Assembly (NCBI GenBank): GCA_951406725.2
Contig: OX597819.1
Coordinates: 12,090,001 to 12,154,000, forward strand
Source of the DNA: Octopus vulgaris
Taxonomy: Eukaryota
DNA: 64,000 nucleotides
Reading direction: 5' to 3'
The notes beneath the pieces are model-generated. The model was not told the DNA's origin. It worked only from the letters and a program-made list of their open reading frames with translations, and ran no database searches. Below, in pieces: positions 49,623 through 61,574 of the stretch; the first letter of the stretch is position 1, and every line of letters begins with the position of its first letter. The position numbers and the translations under genes are program-made.

Positions 49623-50154
49623 TAACTATTGACCCAGCTTGCCAAACATATGTGTAAGTATCAGTAGAAAATACTAGAACCCCATGATTTTTGTGAGTGT
49701 TTTACAGTGTGCCCCATTGATATATTCAAGTTACCAGTAGAAAATACTAGACTGTAGAACTATAGGATCTATGAAAGTGCTTTACACTGTTCTCCATTGA
49801 CATAGGTGCTACTCTAAACCACAGGAAGGTTCAGATTTTAAAGAAGACGACTCCTAATTTGAGGGTGATTCTTTTAAAGTTCAAATTCCATCCCGTACAC
49901 CATTATATATGGTATATATATATCATCATCATCATTTAACGTCCGTTTTCCGTGCTAGCATGGGTTGGACGGTTTCGACCGGGGTCTGGGGAGCTCGGGA
50001 CTGCCCCAGGCTCCAGTCTAGTCTGGCAGTGTTTCTACAGCTGGATGCCCTTCCTAACGCCAACCACTCCGCGAGTGTAGTGGGTGTTTTTTACGTGCCA
50101 CCTGCACAGGTGCCAGAGGGGTCTGGCATCGGCCACGTTTGGATGGTGCTTTTT

Positions 50155-50737
50155 ATGGGGGGGGGCTGCAGAAATATAAGGGAGCACCAGTGGGAGGGAT
50201 GGTTCAGAGGACAGGTACTAGGCAAGTAGAACGTAGGATATCGAGAGAGGGGTAATGCATGGTGAAATAGCGTATTGAAGAGGGGGCTTCAAAGAGTAGA
50301 CACCTATAATGGTGGTGGGGGGTGCAGAAATATAGGGGAGCACCAGTGGGAGGGGTGGTTCAGAGGACAGGTTCTAGGCAAGTAGAACGTAGGATATCGA
50401 GAGAGGGGTAATGCATGGTGAAATAGCGTATTGAAGAGGGGGGTTCAAATAGTAGACACCTATAATGGTGGTGGGGGGTGCAGAAATATAGGGGAGCACC
50501 AGTGGGAGGGGTGGTTCAGAGGACAGGTTCTAGGCAAGTAGAACGTAGGATATCAAGAGAGGGGTAATGCATGGTGAAATAGCGTATTGAAGAGGGGGGT
50601 TCAAAGAGTAGACACCTATAATGGTGGTGGTGGGGGTGCAGAAATATAGGGGAGCACCAGTGGGAGGGGTGGTTCAGAGGACAGGTTCTAGGCAAGTAGA
50701 ACGTAGGATATCGAGAGAGGGGTAATGCATGGTGAAA
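50155..50737. repeat. About 156-bp G-rich tandem repeat x3.7
   Basis: gcagaaatat at 50168, 50324, 50480, 50638. Confidence 0.9.
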
Positions 50738-50739
50738 TG

Positions 50740-50771
<32 letters not shown>

Positions 50772-51261
50772 CTGTGTTTGTCTCCCCATAACTGCCCGAC
50801 AACCGGCGCTGGTGCGTTCACATCCCCATAACTTTGCGGTTCAGCAAAAGAATAAGTACATGGCTTAAAAAATAAGTCCTGGGGGGGTGATTTGTTTGAC
50901 TAAAACCCTTCAAGGTGGTACTTCGGCATGGCCGCAGTCAAATGACTGAAACAAGCAAAAGAATAAAAATATATACTTCAACTGTACAGGTATTTTACCA
51001 ATCGTTTCTATATGATTCATTATATTTTGTTATAAAAATATAATAGGATTTTTAAAACATCAAATGGAGTATGAGGGTCCACCTGAGTAAAATAGGAAAC
51101 AAAGAGGTCTGCAGACAAAAAATGGTTGACAATCACTAATCTAGATTATATGTTGGGCTTTCAGATGAATTTGTTCATTTCTTTTGAGTATTATTTGAAT
51201 TAACAACACAAAAAATATTTTTATCATAATGCTTTATAGGGTTTTTGTATCTCTATTCCTC

Positions 51262-51471
51262 CTCTCTTTACTCTTTCACTTGTTTCAGTCACCCGACTGC
51301 GGCCATGCTGGAGCACCACCTTTAGTCGAGCAAATCGACCCCGGGGCTTATTCCCCGTAAGCCCAGCACTTATTCTATCGGTCTCCCCCGCCGAACCGCC
51401 AAGTGACGGGGACGCAAACACACCAGCATCGGTTGTCAAGCAATGCTAGGAGGACAAACACAGACACACAA

Positions 51472-51522
<51 letters not shown>

Positions 51523-51662
51523 TACGACAGGCCTCTTTCAGTTTCCGTCTACCAAATCCACTCACAAGGCACTGGTCGGACCGGGGCTATAGCAGAAGAC
51601 ACTTACCCAAGATGCCATGCAGTGGGACTGAACATGGAACCATGTGGTTGGTTAGCAAGCTA
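51262..51662 (-). mobile_element. SINE family A, slightly 5'-truncated, with a cluster of sense-strand A>G substitutions
   Basis: colinear with 3172-3600 and 34893-35296; 16 T>C changes on +. Confidence 0.88.
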
Positions 51663-53551
51663 ACTTTTGTTTATCGTTTTTGAAGTTTGAATAAATTTCT
51701 ACCCCCTTTCCAGATATAGATGGAAAATAAGGTCTAAATAAATGAAAAAAGGAAAAGAAATTAGCAAATTCCTCTGACAACCCCATCTGTTGTTTGACTG
51801 ACAGATTGAACTCAGCACTCACAGCCAAACTGCTACACTTAACACTTAATGAACACTTATTTTTACTGTTCTATTGCCCAACAGGATAATTAGGTAAGGA
51901 AAATTAGGAGCTTTGACTGTTTTTTTTTAATGGTTATAGATTTAATATTCTGTTTTTCTTAACTAACAGCCCCAGTATTGGATTCTTTGTGCTCGGTCCA
52001 TGACAATGAAAGTTCTCTGTATTAATTTTCAGTGAAGTGTATAGAATCTGATGTATGTGTATGTAGTAACTATGATTTATAAACCATACATATGTACTCA
52101 TATGAACACAAACACACATGTTTAATTATAATGCCTGATTGAACTTAAAAATGACAAAATTGTCATCCATGACTGTCACTTTGTTAGTCACTGGAGCTGG
52201 TATTTACACTTTTTTAGTTCATAACTAGACAGATTTTTTCTCTTTTTTGTAAGAAAAAACTTTATTTTGAGAAACAGATCTACCTTTAACAAATATCTGA
52301 AACCGGACCAAATTATACACTCTTCCATTGTATATATATAGATTACATAGATTTTCATCTTCTGAATGGAAACACTGATGGCATTAAAATAGCAATAACA
52401 ACAACAACAATAATAACCACAACCACAACAAAAACAACAACAACTTATATTCAAGTTATGTCATTTATCTTCTGCTTGATTTATTGTTGTGTGAAATGTT
52501 CATCAAACATTTTTACTTGGTTGCCATAAAGCAGAGCTGCTAGTGGATACAGTTCCTTATCATAAAGCAATATTACTAGTAGGTATATTGAAAATAAAAA
52601 CGCTATTGCTCTTTTCTGTATATATTATATAATGATGTAACATGGAATCTTTTATTTATTTGATATGTATCCATATATTTATATAAAGAATGAGCTTTCT
52701 TTTATGGCTTTGCAAGATAAATCAGTTTTCTTTGTGTCGATAAACACATCAAAGGAATTGTATGCATGGTCATGTAGTTATCTTTACAGTTTGTAACTTT
52801 TCATACACTGCCTTTATGCGATATCTCCTGCTGATATCAACTGTAATTTGTATTGTCAGTTTTAGGGATTCACCATAAGCAACACTGTTGTATGTATATA
52901 TAGTTCAAATATAGTTGAGTGTTTTCGGTTCAAATTCACAGAAAGCAAACGACGAAGACAGGTGAGGGAAAAACAAGAAGGTATATTAGTTTGACACTTG
53001 GGAAGAATGGAAAAGCCTTTTATGTTTCAAGCCTATACTCTTCAACAGAAAGGGCTGAGAGGGAAAAAAAGGGAAAGAAAAAAAAAAAAAAAAAAACGGA
53101 CGGAAAGAGATGGGAAAGACTTCCTCACCACCCCCATTTCCTCCCATTTTTAAAATTATTATTTTTTTTTGCCAAAAATCGGCATTTTGAAATCCCGCCC
53201 CTTCTTAATTTTTCAATTTATTCCCTAACCGTAACCCTAAAACCCTAACTACAAAAATTTTTGGAAACTTTTTTCATAATAATAATCTCCATATTTTTCC
53301 ACATTTTTTTTTTTAATTGCCCAAAGAACCGCGCAGTGGGACTCAACTGGAAATCAAGTGGTTACAAAGCCAGATTCTTAAACACCCAGCCATGCATGCG
53401 CATGGAAAATATAAACTTCTTTAGAGCTAAATGGTCCAAGACGATGTAACTAAATGTTCTTTCGTTTAGGAACAATGCCAGCAATTTTGAATGATAAAAG
53501 GCGAAGTTGATTGACCATGGCAAGATTTGAATTCAGAATGTACAAGTCTGA

Positions 53552-53787
53552 GGTACTATTTGAGAACAGTGGTCCCGGTGCGCGCACTCGCGTAATCGCG
53601 CATCCGCGCTGGCTAGTCGATCCTACAACGACTACCTAGCAAAGTAAATAAAACAAAATAATTTTACACAAAGTAAATAATTTTTTAAACAAAGTAAATA
53701 ACACACAAAAACACAAAGTAAGGATTGACTAATCATGACTAGCTAGTGCGGATGCGCGCACCGGGACCACTGTTCTCAAGTAGTACC
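53552..53787. mobile_element. MULE-like MITE
   Basis: ggtactatttgagaacagtggtcccggtgcgcgca TIRs; 9-bp TSD caagtctga. Confidence 0.85.
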
Positions 53788-53860
53788 CAAGTCTGAAACA
53801 AATTCTAAAGTTTTTTTGATTTTTTTTTTTGCTCCGACGTTTTAATAGTTTTACTATGAG

Positions 53861-54140
53861 AGGCGCAGGAGTGGCTGTGTGGTAAGTAACTTGTCTACCA
53901 ATCACATGGTTCCGGGTTCAGTCCCACTGCGTGGCACCTTGAGCAAGTGTCTTCTATAGCCTCGGGCCAACCAAAGCCTTGTGAGTGGATTTGGTAGACG
54001 GAAACTGAAAGATCCCGTCGTATATATGTATATATATATATATGTATGCGTGTGTGTGTTTGTCCCCTAGCATTGCTTGACGACCGATGCTGGTGTGTTT
54101 ATGTCCCCCGTTACTTAGCGGTTCGGCAAAAGAGACCGAT
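53861..54140 (+). mobile_element. SINE family A, 3'-truncated
   Basis: A/B boxes, colinear with other copies. Confidence 0.85.
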
Positions 54141-54502
54141 TGCCTAAGTGGCGTATGTATTTCTGAAGATCTAGCCTAGTTTAATTTGCGTGACATGTCT
54201 CCTGGAACAGTAGACAAAGTACCAATCATGAACTGGAATGAATTTCTTTCTTGCAATTCGATAAACAAAAGAGGAAACTATCGTCCATGACTCGGTTAAT
54301 TCCTTCAACGCTCTCTGGACACGGAGCCTTCACACCGATCCATGACAGCCGAGTGTTTAAGACACCAACCGACATTACACAAACATAAAACAGCAATTTG
54401 TTGACCCTTAATTAAGAGAAAGCCTTTTATATCGACCCAGAATGCGAAATAATTACCTATATTAAATACATATAAACAAAAGATAAATAAACATTGCCTT
54501 AC

Positions 54503-54670
54503 CTTAATATATTGCTTCTCCACAATAACTACGCATTGTTAATATCATTCATACACAACTGCTGCTAAATAATTTTATCTCCCGCCAAGACGACTTGGCT
54601 TCTGTCAATGTTTTGTGAGAAACAAAGATGGCAGAGTTATGCGAATTTTGGTGACTCGCAAGTCACGTGG
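54503..54670 (-). promoter_or_regulatory. Promoter and leader exon of ZNF-D
   Basis: GTCACGTGG 54662-54670, AAGATGGC 54625-54632, donor at 54502; predicted intron 54502-47019. Confidence 0.7.
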
Positions 54671-56505
54671 TCTACAGAGGGTAATTTTCTTTTTCTTTTT
54701 TTTGACAACAAAGTTTCAAGTGAAATCGCTGGTTTTAATTAAAATGAGATATATTCTGTGTTGCTATTATGCTGATATAGATACACCATTTCTCATCCGA
54801 CACCATTAGGAGCACATACGTTTTGGAATTTGGGGATCTTTTCCTTTTTGCTGTCAGTATTTCAAAATTAATTTTTACTGAAAATTTTAAATTTTGGCAC
54901 ATTAAGATACTATTCAACTTACTTAAGCTCATTAGAGGTTCAGGTCATTGTGATGATAAAATAGTGAACAGTTGACTTAAGAAGTGCAGAGATAATCATG
55001 GGTTGGGTCTGCAGGGTCAGAAAGATACAAAGATTATTTGGAATGACTGTAAATGAGTTATCAAAGGATGGTTTTCAGGAATAATGGCAGTACAGAACTA
55101 TAGGGAAGTTCAGTTCCTGTGTCTGCATGTTCAGCCAGTGGTGATAATTTATCTAGATTTATAAGACAATCGAAACTACCACACGACCAGATCCATAACA
55201 ACCATGATAATATAATCAATAGCATATCCTCATGACAACCATGGGGCTTTACATCAAAATGTTATAACATTGTTATACTTGACGATGGTCATATTTTGCC
55301 AATTAAACACGCACACACTATATATTTGGTCTACTCTTCAGCTTTATCATTATTCTAGTTTCTTTCTTAAAGCTCTTTCATCCCACATCTTGTGACCTCT
55401 TCAGTAACTCTCTATACCATGTCTCTTCTTGTTCTGCTTATTCCATTTTGTCTTTCTCTGCTATGTATCCATATATGTGCATGTTTTGTGTGCATATGCG
55501 CTTGCTTACTACATCGTTTGTACCTGGGTCTTTTATTTTTTCCTTTCTCATTCCATTTACTGTCTTTGTGTGTGTGTGTATTGGTTTATGTATTATACTG
55601 TATCTGTCTTTAGTCATCAGGCTATGCAGTCTAATGGCGTGGGGTGATGTTAAACCATTCATGTTTTCTGTTCAGACTCAGTTCATCGAATACTGTGCAT
55701 GTGGGCCCTCCATAATATGAGTGTCATGTCTGGTCTATGTGATTAAGTCTACACTATTAACCAAACTTTCATATTCGAATTGAACATGTTGGTAGAGCAC
55801 TGATGAACTTTTCCTTCAGCGTCCAGCAGTGTGTCATTGTCCTGTTTCTCTACTATGCCTCACTACATGCTACACAATATGCTACTTTCCAAACTCTACT
55901 GTTCATCTGTGGGTTCATCCTGCACACTATACAGTTGCTCTCCTGATCTGGGATTTCATGGTGATCCCTGCTCTTTCTACAACTTTAATCCATAGATTCG
56001 TTTTACCAAAGGTTTTCCAAATTTATATGCTTCTTCACCTATAGGAGTATTATCAACAAACATCTGGTATTTTTAGTTATCATACCATGAGTTAGTTGGC
56101 CATATCTATCTTCTTCGTCCTTTCCATTGCTATTCCAAGTTTTATAGTGTAACAGATACCAATTTGCATCATTCTCTATGATGGCCTTATATTCAGACCT
56201 GGCTCCTTTGTACACTTTGATTGTATCCCTTTGACAGAAGCCAGACAACTGCATGTAGTGGATGAAGTCTTGTATGTTTCCCTAATTCTGTTGGGTGACT
56301 AGTAGTAATAACAAGTTTTCTCACTCTAACTATATCGTATGATACATGCAACGTGACAAGTAACATTACAAAGAAAAATTTACTACAATTTCCAAAAAAT
56401 ACACAAAACATGTTATAAACATTTATAGCACTTTAATAACATTCATATAGATAGATTCAATTCAAATATCACAATATGGTCAGATAATATGCTTTCCTAC
56501 AAAAG

Positions 56506-56845
56506 TCAGTGGTAAGGTTTATCTCCATTATTAACAGTACATATGAGTAGATATATAATCAATACGAGTAAATGATTTCCCACAAATAACACAGCTGTAT
56601 GGTTTTTCCCCAGTATGAAAACGCTTGTCTTATTAAACACCTCAAGTTAGAAAATATTTTGCCACAGATTTCACAGTGGTGAGGTTTCTCTCCAGTGTGT
56701 GTATGTATATGTCCTTTAAAGCTGCCACTACTGGAAAATTCCTTGTCACAAATTTCAATGATATGGTTTTTCTCCAGTATGTGTAAGTTTATGAACTAAT
56801 AGGACAGATTTTTCAGAAAATGCTTTCCCACAGATTTCACATTAG
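56506..56845 (-). pseudogene. Decayed former C-terminal fingers downstream of the ZNF-E stop
   Basis: frameshifted homolog of ZNF-D fingers 17-20 including the old terminal stop. Confidence 0.8.
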
Positions 56846-57874
56846 TTATGGCTTTTCTCCGGTGTGAATACGGTTATGTGTTGTTAAGCTGGTCTTAAGT
56901 GAAAATTCTTTTCCACATATTAAACAGTGATATGGTTTCTCTCCTGTGTGAATACGTCTGTGTCTTACTAAAGTACCAATTTGAGAAAATGCTTTGCCAC
57001 AGACTTCACAGTGATGTGGTTTTTCCCCAGTATGAATACGTTTGTGATTTACTAAGTTGCACCTACCAGCAAAGTCTTTTCCGCAAACCTCACAGTGATA
57101 TGGTTTCTCTCCAGTGTGAATTCGTTTGTGTAATGTTAAAACATATTTTTCAGGAAAAGCTTTCCCACAGATTTCACAGCGGTGTCGTTTTTCCCCTGTG
57201 TGAGTACGTTTATGCCTTATTAAGGTACCACACCCAGTAAATCCTTTCCCACATACTTCACAATGATATGGCTTCTCTCCACTGTGAATACGTTTGTGTA
57301 CTGTTAAAGAGTATTTTACAGAAAATGCTTTATCACAGATTTCACAGTGGAAAGGCTTCGAATGAACACCTTTGTGTGTTTCAAAGTTAGTTACATTAGA
57401 AAATGCTTTCCCACAATCATCACACTTATATGGTTCCTCCCCAGTGTGAATACGTTTATGTCTTGTTAAATTATTAACTTGATAAAATGATTTGCCACAG
57501 ATTTCACAACGGTATCGTTTTTCTCCTGTGTGAATAAGTTGATGACTTCTTGCACTACTGAACTCTGAAAATGCTTTGCCACAGATTTCACATTGGTATG
57601 GTTTCTCTCCTGTGTGTGTACGTTTGTGTACCTTTACGTAACCTTTACTAGAAAATGATTTTCCACATATTTCACAGTGAAATGGTTTCTCTCCGGTATG
57701 TGTACGTTTGTGTTCTGTTAAATAAGCTTTTACAGAGAATGCTTTCTTACATACTTCACAGTGGTATGGCTTTTCCCCAGTATGAGTGCACCGATGAATA
57801 GCTAAATTAGATTTTGTAGTAAGATCTTTGCCACAAATATCACATTTGTAACATTTGCTCACTTTCTGAAACAT
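56846..57874 (-). CDS. C2H2 zinc-finger protein ZNF-E, 342 aa, 12 fingers
   Basis: intact ORF; acceptor gives exon start at 58005. Confidence 0.88.
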   Translation of the reverse strand: MFQKVSKCYKCDICGKDLTTKSNLAIHRCTHTGEKPYHCEVCKKAFSVKAYLTEHKRTHTGEKPFHCEICGKSFSSKGYVKVHKRTHTGEKPYQCEICGKAFSEFSSARSHQLIHTGEKRYRCEICGKSFYQVNNLTRHKRIHTGEEPYKCDDCGKAFSNVTNFETHKGVHSKPFHCEICDKAFSVKYSLTVHKRIHSGEKPYHCEVCGKGFTGCGTLIRHKRTHTGEKRHRCEICGKAFPEKYVLTLHKRIHTGEKPYHCEVCGKDFAGRCNLVNHKRIHTGEKPHHCEVCGKAFSQIGTLVRHRRIHTGEKPYHCLICGKEFSLKTSLTTHNRIHTGEKP

Positions 57875-57989
57875 TCTCTCGGTTAATTTTTACAGTCTTA
57901 TTCTTTCATTCTGAAGACATAAATTGGTTGATAAATCTCTCTACCCTAACACAGCAGACTCTCAGTATCCTCTGCAGAAAATCTTCTTT

Positions 57990-59130
57990 CCAATGAAAAT
58001 ATGTCCTGAAAGAAAAATAAAATGAATATTAGATACTAATGACCAAAACGTTGTGAAATGAGTAGCTATTTGTGTGGTAAGTGATTGGGTATTCTCAACA
58101 ATATCTCACAATCACAACTTTGATCTATGTTGTCTCTGTTCAGGATTAATAGAATATTCCCTAAGTCCTCATCATTATTATTTAATATCCGTTTTTGGTC
58201 CTGGCAAGGGATGGCTAGTTTGGCAGGAACCAGCAGGGGCCCATCAGGCTTCATTGTCTGTTTTGGCATGGTTTCTACAGCTGGATGCCCTTCCTAATGC
58301 CAACCACTTTACAGAGTGTATAACACATTCTCCCCTAAGTAAACATTTCTAAAAAAAAAAAAAATGGTTTCCCTCCTTTGTGGTGGGTGAGAGTGCTATT
58401 GTCTTATTTGGCAGCGATAATTAACAATGTTTTCCCACATATTTCAGAGTATGCTTCTATCACCTGTTTGAATACATCTGTGATTAAACAAACTAACCAA
58501 TTGTTCATAATTAGATAAATAGATTTTTTGATTCCATGTGGTCAGAAGTAGCTTCATATGAAATATATAGAATTATTTCCATTACCACCTTTCAACGAAT
58601 ACTGAGCGTACCTGGCTAAACACTTGGTGGCATTTCATCCATCTTCACATTCTGACATGGTCAACTTTGCCTTTTATTCTTTTCGGTCAATTAATTAAGT
58701 ACTAGTTGAATACTTGCATTCATGTAAATCCACTGGCCCCCTCCCCTCAAACTGCTGGCCTTGTGCCAAAATCTGATATCAATAATTCTTGTTATTTTGA
58801 GAACAGATAAAACAAATCTTCAGCATGAAATCTGTTTCGTTCCTAAGTCTCTAGATGAAAGAGAGATGAGAAGAAAACATGACATGTAAAAAAAAATTCA
58901 AATCATTCATATAGATACACTGAATACTTAAGAATTACCAAAAAGTATTCCTATTATTTGGGACAGTGTTTAAGTAATACTCTGTTGGAGGTACTGTCAT
59001 GGGCCCAGGGTCATTGGAATATTTCCACTCAGTATTAATGTTTCACGTAATTATAGTTTTAGTTGAAATGGAACCACTTCCATTAATCTTTTTCCTCTTT
59101 CCATCAGTGGAATGTGGCCATGCTGGGGTA
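57990..59130. repeat. Duplicate of the ZNF-D intron 3' part (about 47005-48330)
   Basis: colinear sequence including shared embedded repeat fragments. Confidence 0.85.
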
Positions 59131-59440
59131 CAGCCTTTTGCAAATCTAGTATTTATTCACTTGGTTTCTTTATTGGTACTGTAAGTTATGGTGACATAAA
59201 CCAACCAACACTGGTTGTCAAGTGACAGTGAGGAGGTAATACAAGACACACACACATAAAGAAGCATCGAGTGAGGCTAATGCCTGTGCTGCCTCACTGG
59301 TACTCATGCCGGCGTCAAGTAAAAAGGTCCCACAACACTATCGGAGTGGTTGGCATTAAGAAGGGCATCCAACCATAGAAACCATGCCAAATCAGATTGG
59401 AGCCTGGTGCAACCACCCAGCTTACCAGTTCTCAGTCAAG

Positions 59441-59623
59441 CCATCACAGATTTCACAGTGGTGTGGTTTTTCCCCAGTGTGTATATGTATATGTCCTTTT
59501 AAGCTGCCACTATTGGAAAATTCCTTGTCACAAACTTCAATGATATGGTTTTTCTCCAGTATGAGTAAGTTTATGTACCAATAGGACAAATTTTTCTGAA
59601 AATGCTTTCCCACAAATTTCATA
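59441..59623 (-). pseudogene. Decayed, truncated tail fingers of ZNF-F
   Basis: frameshifted finger remnants ending abruptly at an RTE 3'UTR repeat near 59440. Confidence 0.78.
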
Positions 59624-60823
59624 TTACAGTGACTTTTGTCTAGTATGAATACGGTTATGTGTTGTTAAGCTGGTCTTAAGCGAAAATTCTTTCCCACATA
59701 TTAAACAGTGATATGGTTTCTCTCCTGTGTGAGTACGTCTGTGTCGTTTTAAACTACCAGTTTGCGAAAATGCTCTGCCACAGACTTCACAGTGATGTGG
59801 TTTTTCCCCAGTATGAATACGTTTGTGATTTACGAAGTTGCACTTACCAGCAAAGTCTTTTCCACAAACCTCACAGTGATATGGTTTCTCTCCTGTGTGA
59901 ATCCGTTTGTGTAATATTAGACAATATTTTTGAGGAAATGCTTTCCCACAGATTTCACAGTGGTGTTGTTTTTCTCCTGTGTGACTATGTTTATGCTTCA
60001 TTAAGGTACCTCTGTTTGTAAATCCTTTCCCACATACTTCACAGTGATATGGCTTCTCTCCAGTATGAAGACGTTTGTGTATTGTTAAAGAGTATTTTAC
60101 AGAAAATGCTTTATCACAGATTTCACAGTGGTAAGGTTTTGAGTGCACACCTCTGTGTATTTCACAGGCACTTGCAGTTGAAAAACCTTTCCCACAATCA
60201 TCACACTTGTATGGCTTCTCCCCAGTATGAGTATGTTTATGCGTTTTTAAATTACCAAGTCGAGAAAATGGTTTGCCACAGGTTTCACAATGGTATCGTT
60301 TTTCTCCAGTGTGAATAAGCTGATGACTTCTTACGCCATTGAACTGTGAAAATGCTTTGCCACAGATTTCACAATGAAATGGTTTCTCTCCTGTGTGTGT
60401 ACGTTTGTGAATCTTTAAGTAACCTTTATAAGAAAATGATTTTCCACATATTTCACAGTGAAATGGTTTTTCTCCAGTATGAATAAGTTGATGACTTTTT
60501 GCACTACTAAGATCTGAAAATGCTTTGCCACAGATTTCGCAATTGTATGGTTTCTCTCCAGTGTGAGTACGTTTGTGTACCTTTACGTAACCTTTACTAG
60601 AAAATGATTTTCCACATATTTCGCAGTGAAACGGTTTCTCTCCTGTATGTATATGTTTGTGTTCTGTTAAATAAGCTTTTACAGAAAATGCCTTCTCACA
60701 TACTTCACAGTGGTATAACTTCTCCCCAATATGAATGCGCTTATGAATAGCTAAATTATATTTTGTAGTAAGCACTTTACCACAAATACCACATTTGTAA
60801 CATTTGCTGACTTTGTGAAACAT
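59624..60823 (-). CDS. C2H2 zinc-finger protein ZNF-F, 399 aa, 14 fingers
   Basis: intact ORF; acceptor gives exon start at 60952. Confidence 0.88.
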   Translation of the reverse strand: MFHKVSKCYKCGICGKVLTTKYNLAIHKRIHIGEKLYHCEVCEKAFSVKAYLTEHKHIHTGEKPFHCEICGKSFSSKGYVKVHKRTHTGEKPYNCEICGKAFSDLSSAKSHQLIHTGEKPFHCEICGKSFSYKGYLKIHKRTHTGEKPFHCEICGKAFSQFNGVRSHQLIHTGEKRYHCETCGKPFSRLGNLKTHKHTHTGEKPYKCDDCGKGFSTASACEIHRGVHSKPYHCEICDKAFSVKYSLTIHKRLHTGEKPYHCEVCGKGFTNRGTLMKHKHSHTGEKQHHCEICGKAFPQKYCLILHKRIHTGEKPYHCEVCGKDFAGKCNFVNHKRIHTGEKPHHCEVCGRAFSQTGSLKRHRRTHTGEKPYHCLICGKEFSLKTSLTTHNRIHTRQKSL

Positions 60824-61054
60824 TCTCTCAGTTAATTTTCAGTTTTATTCTTTTATTCTGAAGACATTAATTGGTTGATAAATCTTTCTACCCTAACACA
60901 GCAGACTTGCAGTATCCTCTGCAGAAAGTCTTCTTTCAAATGGAAATATGTCCTGAAAGAAAAGAAAATAGATATTAGATACTAACAACCAAAAGGTTGT
61001 GAAATGAATAGCTGTTTGTGTGGTATATGTTTGGCTATTCTCAACAACTCAATA

Positions 61055-61574
61055 TCACAAGATCCGATTTTTCCATCATAACTTTCGGTAAAATGGATAC
61101 ATATTAAATTTTTTTATTTTTACGGAATCCCACGTTTTTAGTTATGGAGGATCCGATTCTGAAAAGGAAATTTTCAAAAATCGCAATTTCGAAACTTCAA
61201 TTAAGGCCCCCACCCCCTTCATTTTTTACCTTCTCCGGAAATTTTTTCCTTTTTTTTTACGAAATACGTAAGAACACATACGAAGATTACGATTCTGAGA
61301 AAAAAAATTATTTGTAAAATTTCAATTTTTGACAAAAACATATATAAGCCCCAGGCCTTCAAGCAGGCTATCCACATGCTTGAAGTGACAGCTAAATCTC
61401 ACAAAATTGAGATAACATATTCAATCCGAAATATGGCCCTTGAAATTTTGAAAAAAAATTTTTCTTTTTTCAGAATCGAATCCTACATAACCAAAAACGT
61501 GCTATTCCATAAAAAAGAAAATCAATATATATCCATTTTACCGAAAGTTATGACAAAAAAATCGCCTCTTGTGA
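61055..61574. mobile_element. TIR MITE
   Basis: tcacaaga...cataactttcggtaaaatggata / tatccattttaccgaaagttatg...tcttgtga inverted ends. Confidence 0.7.
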
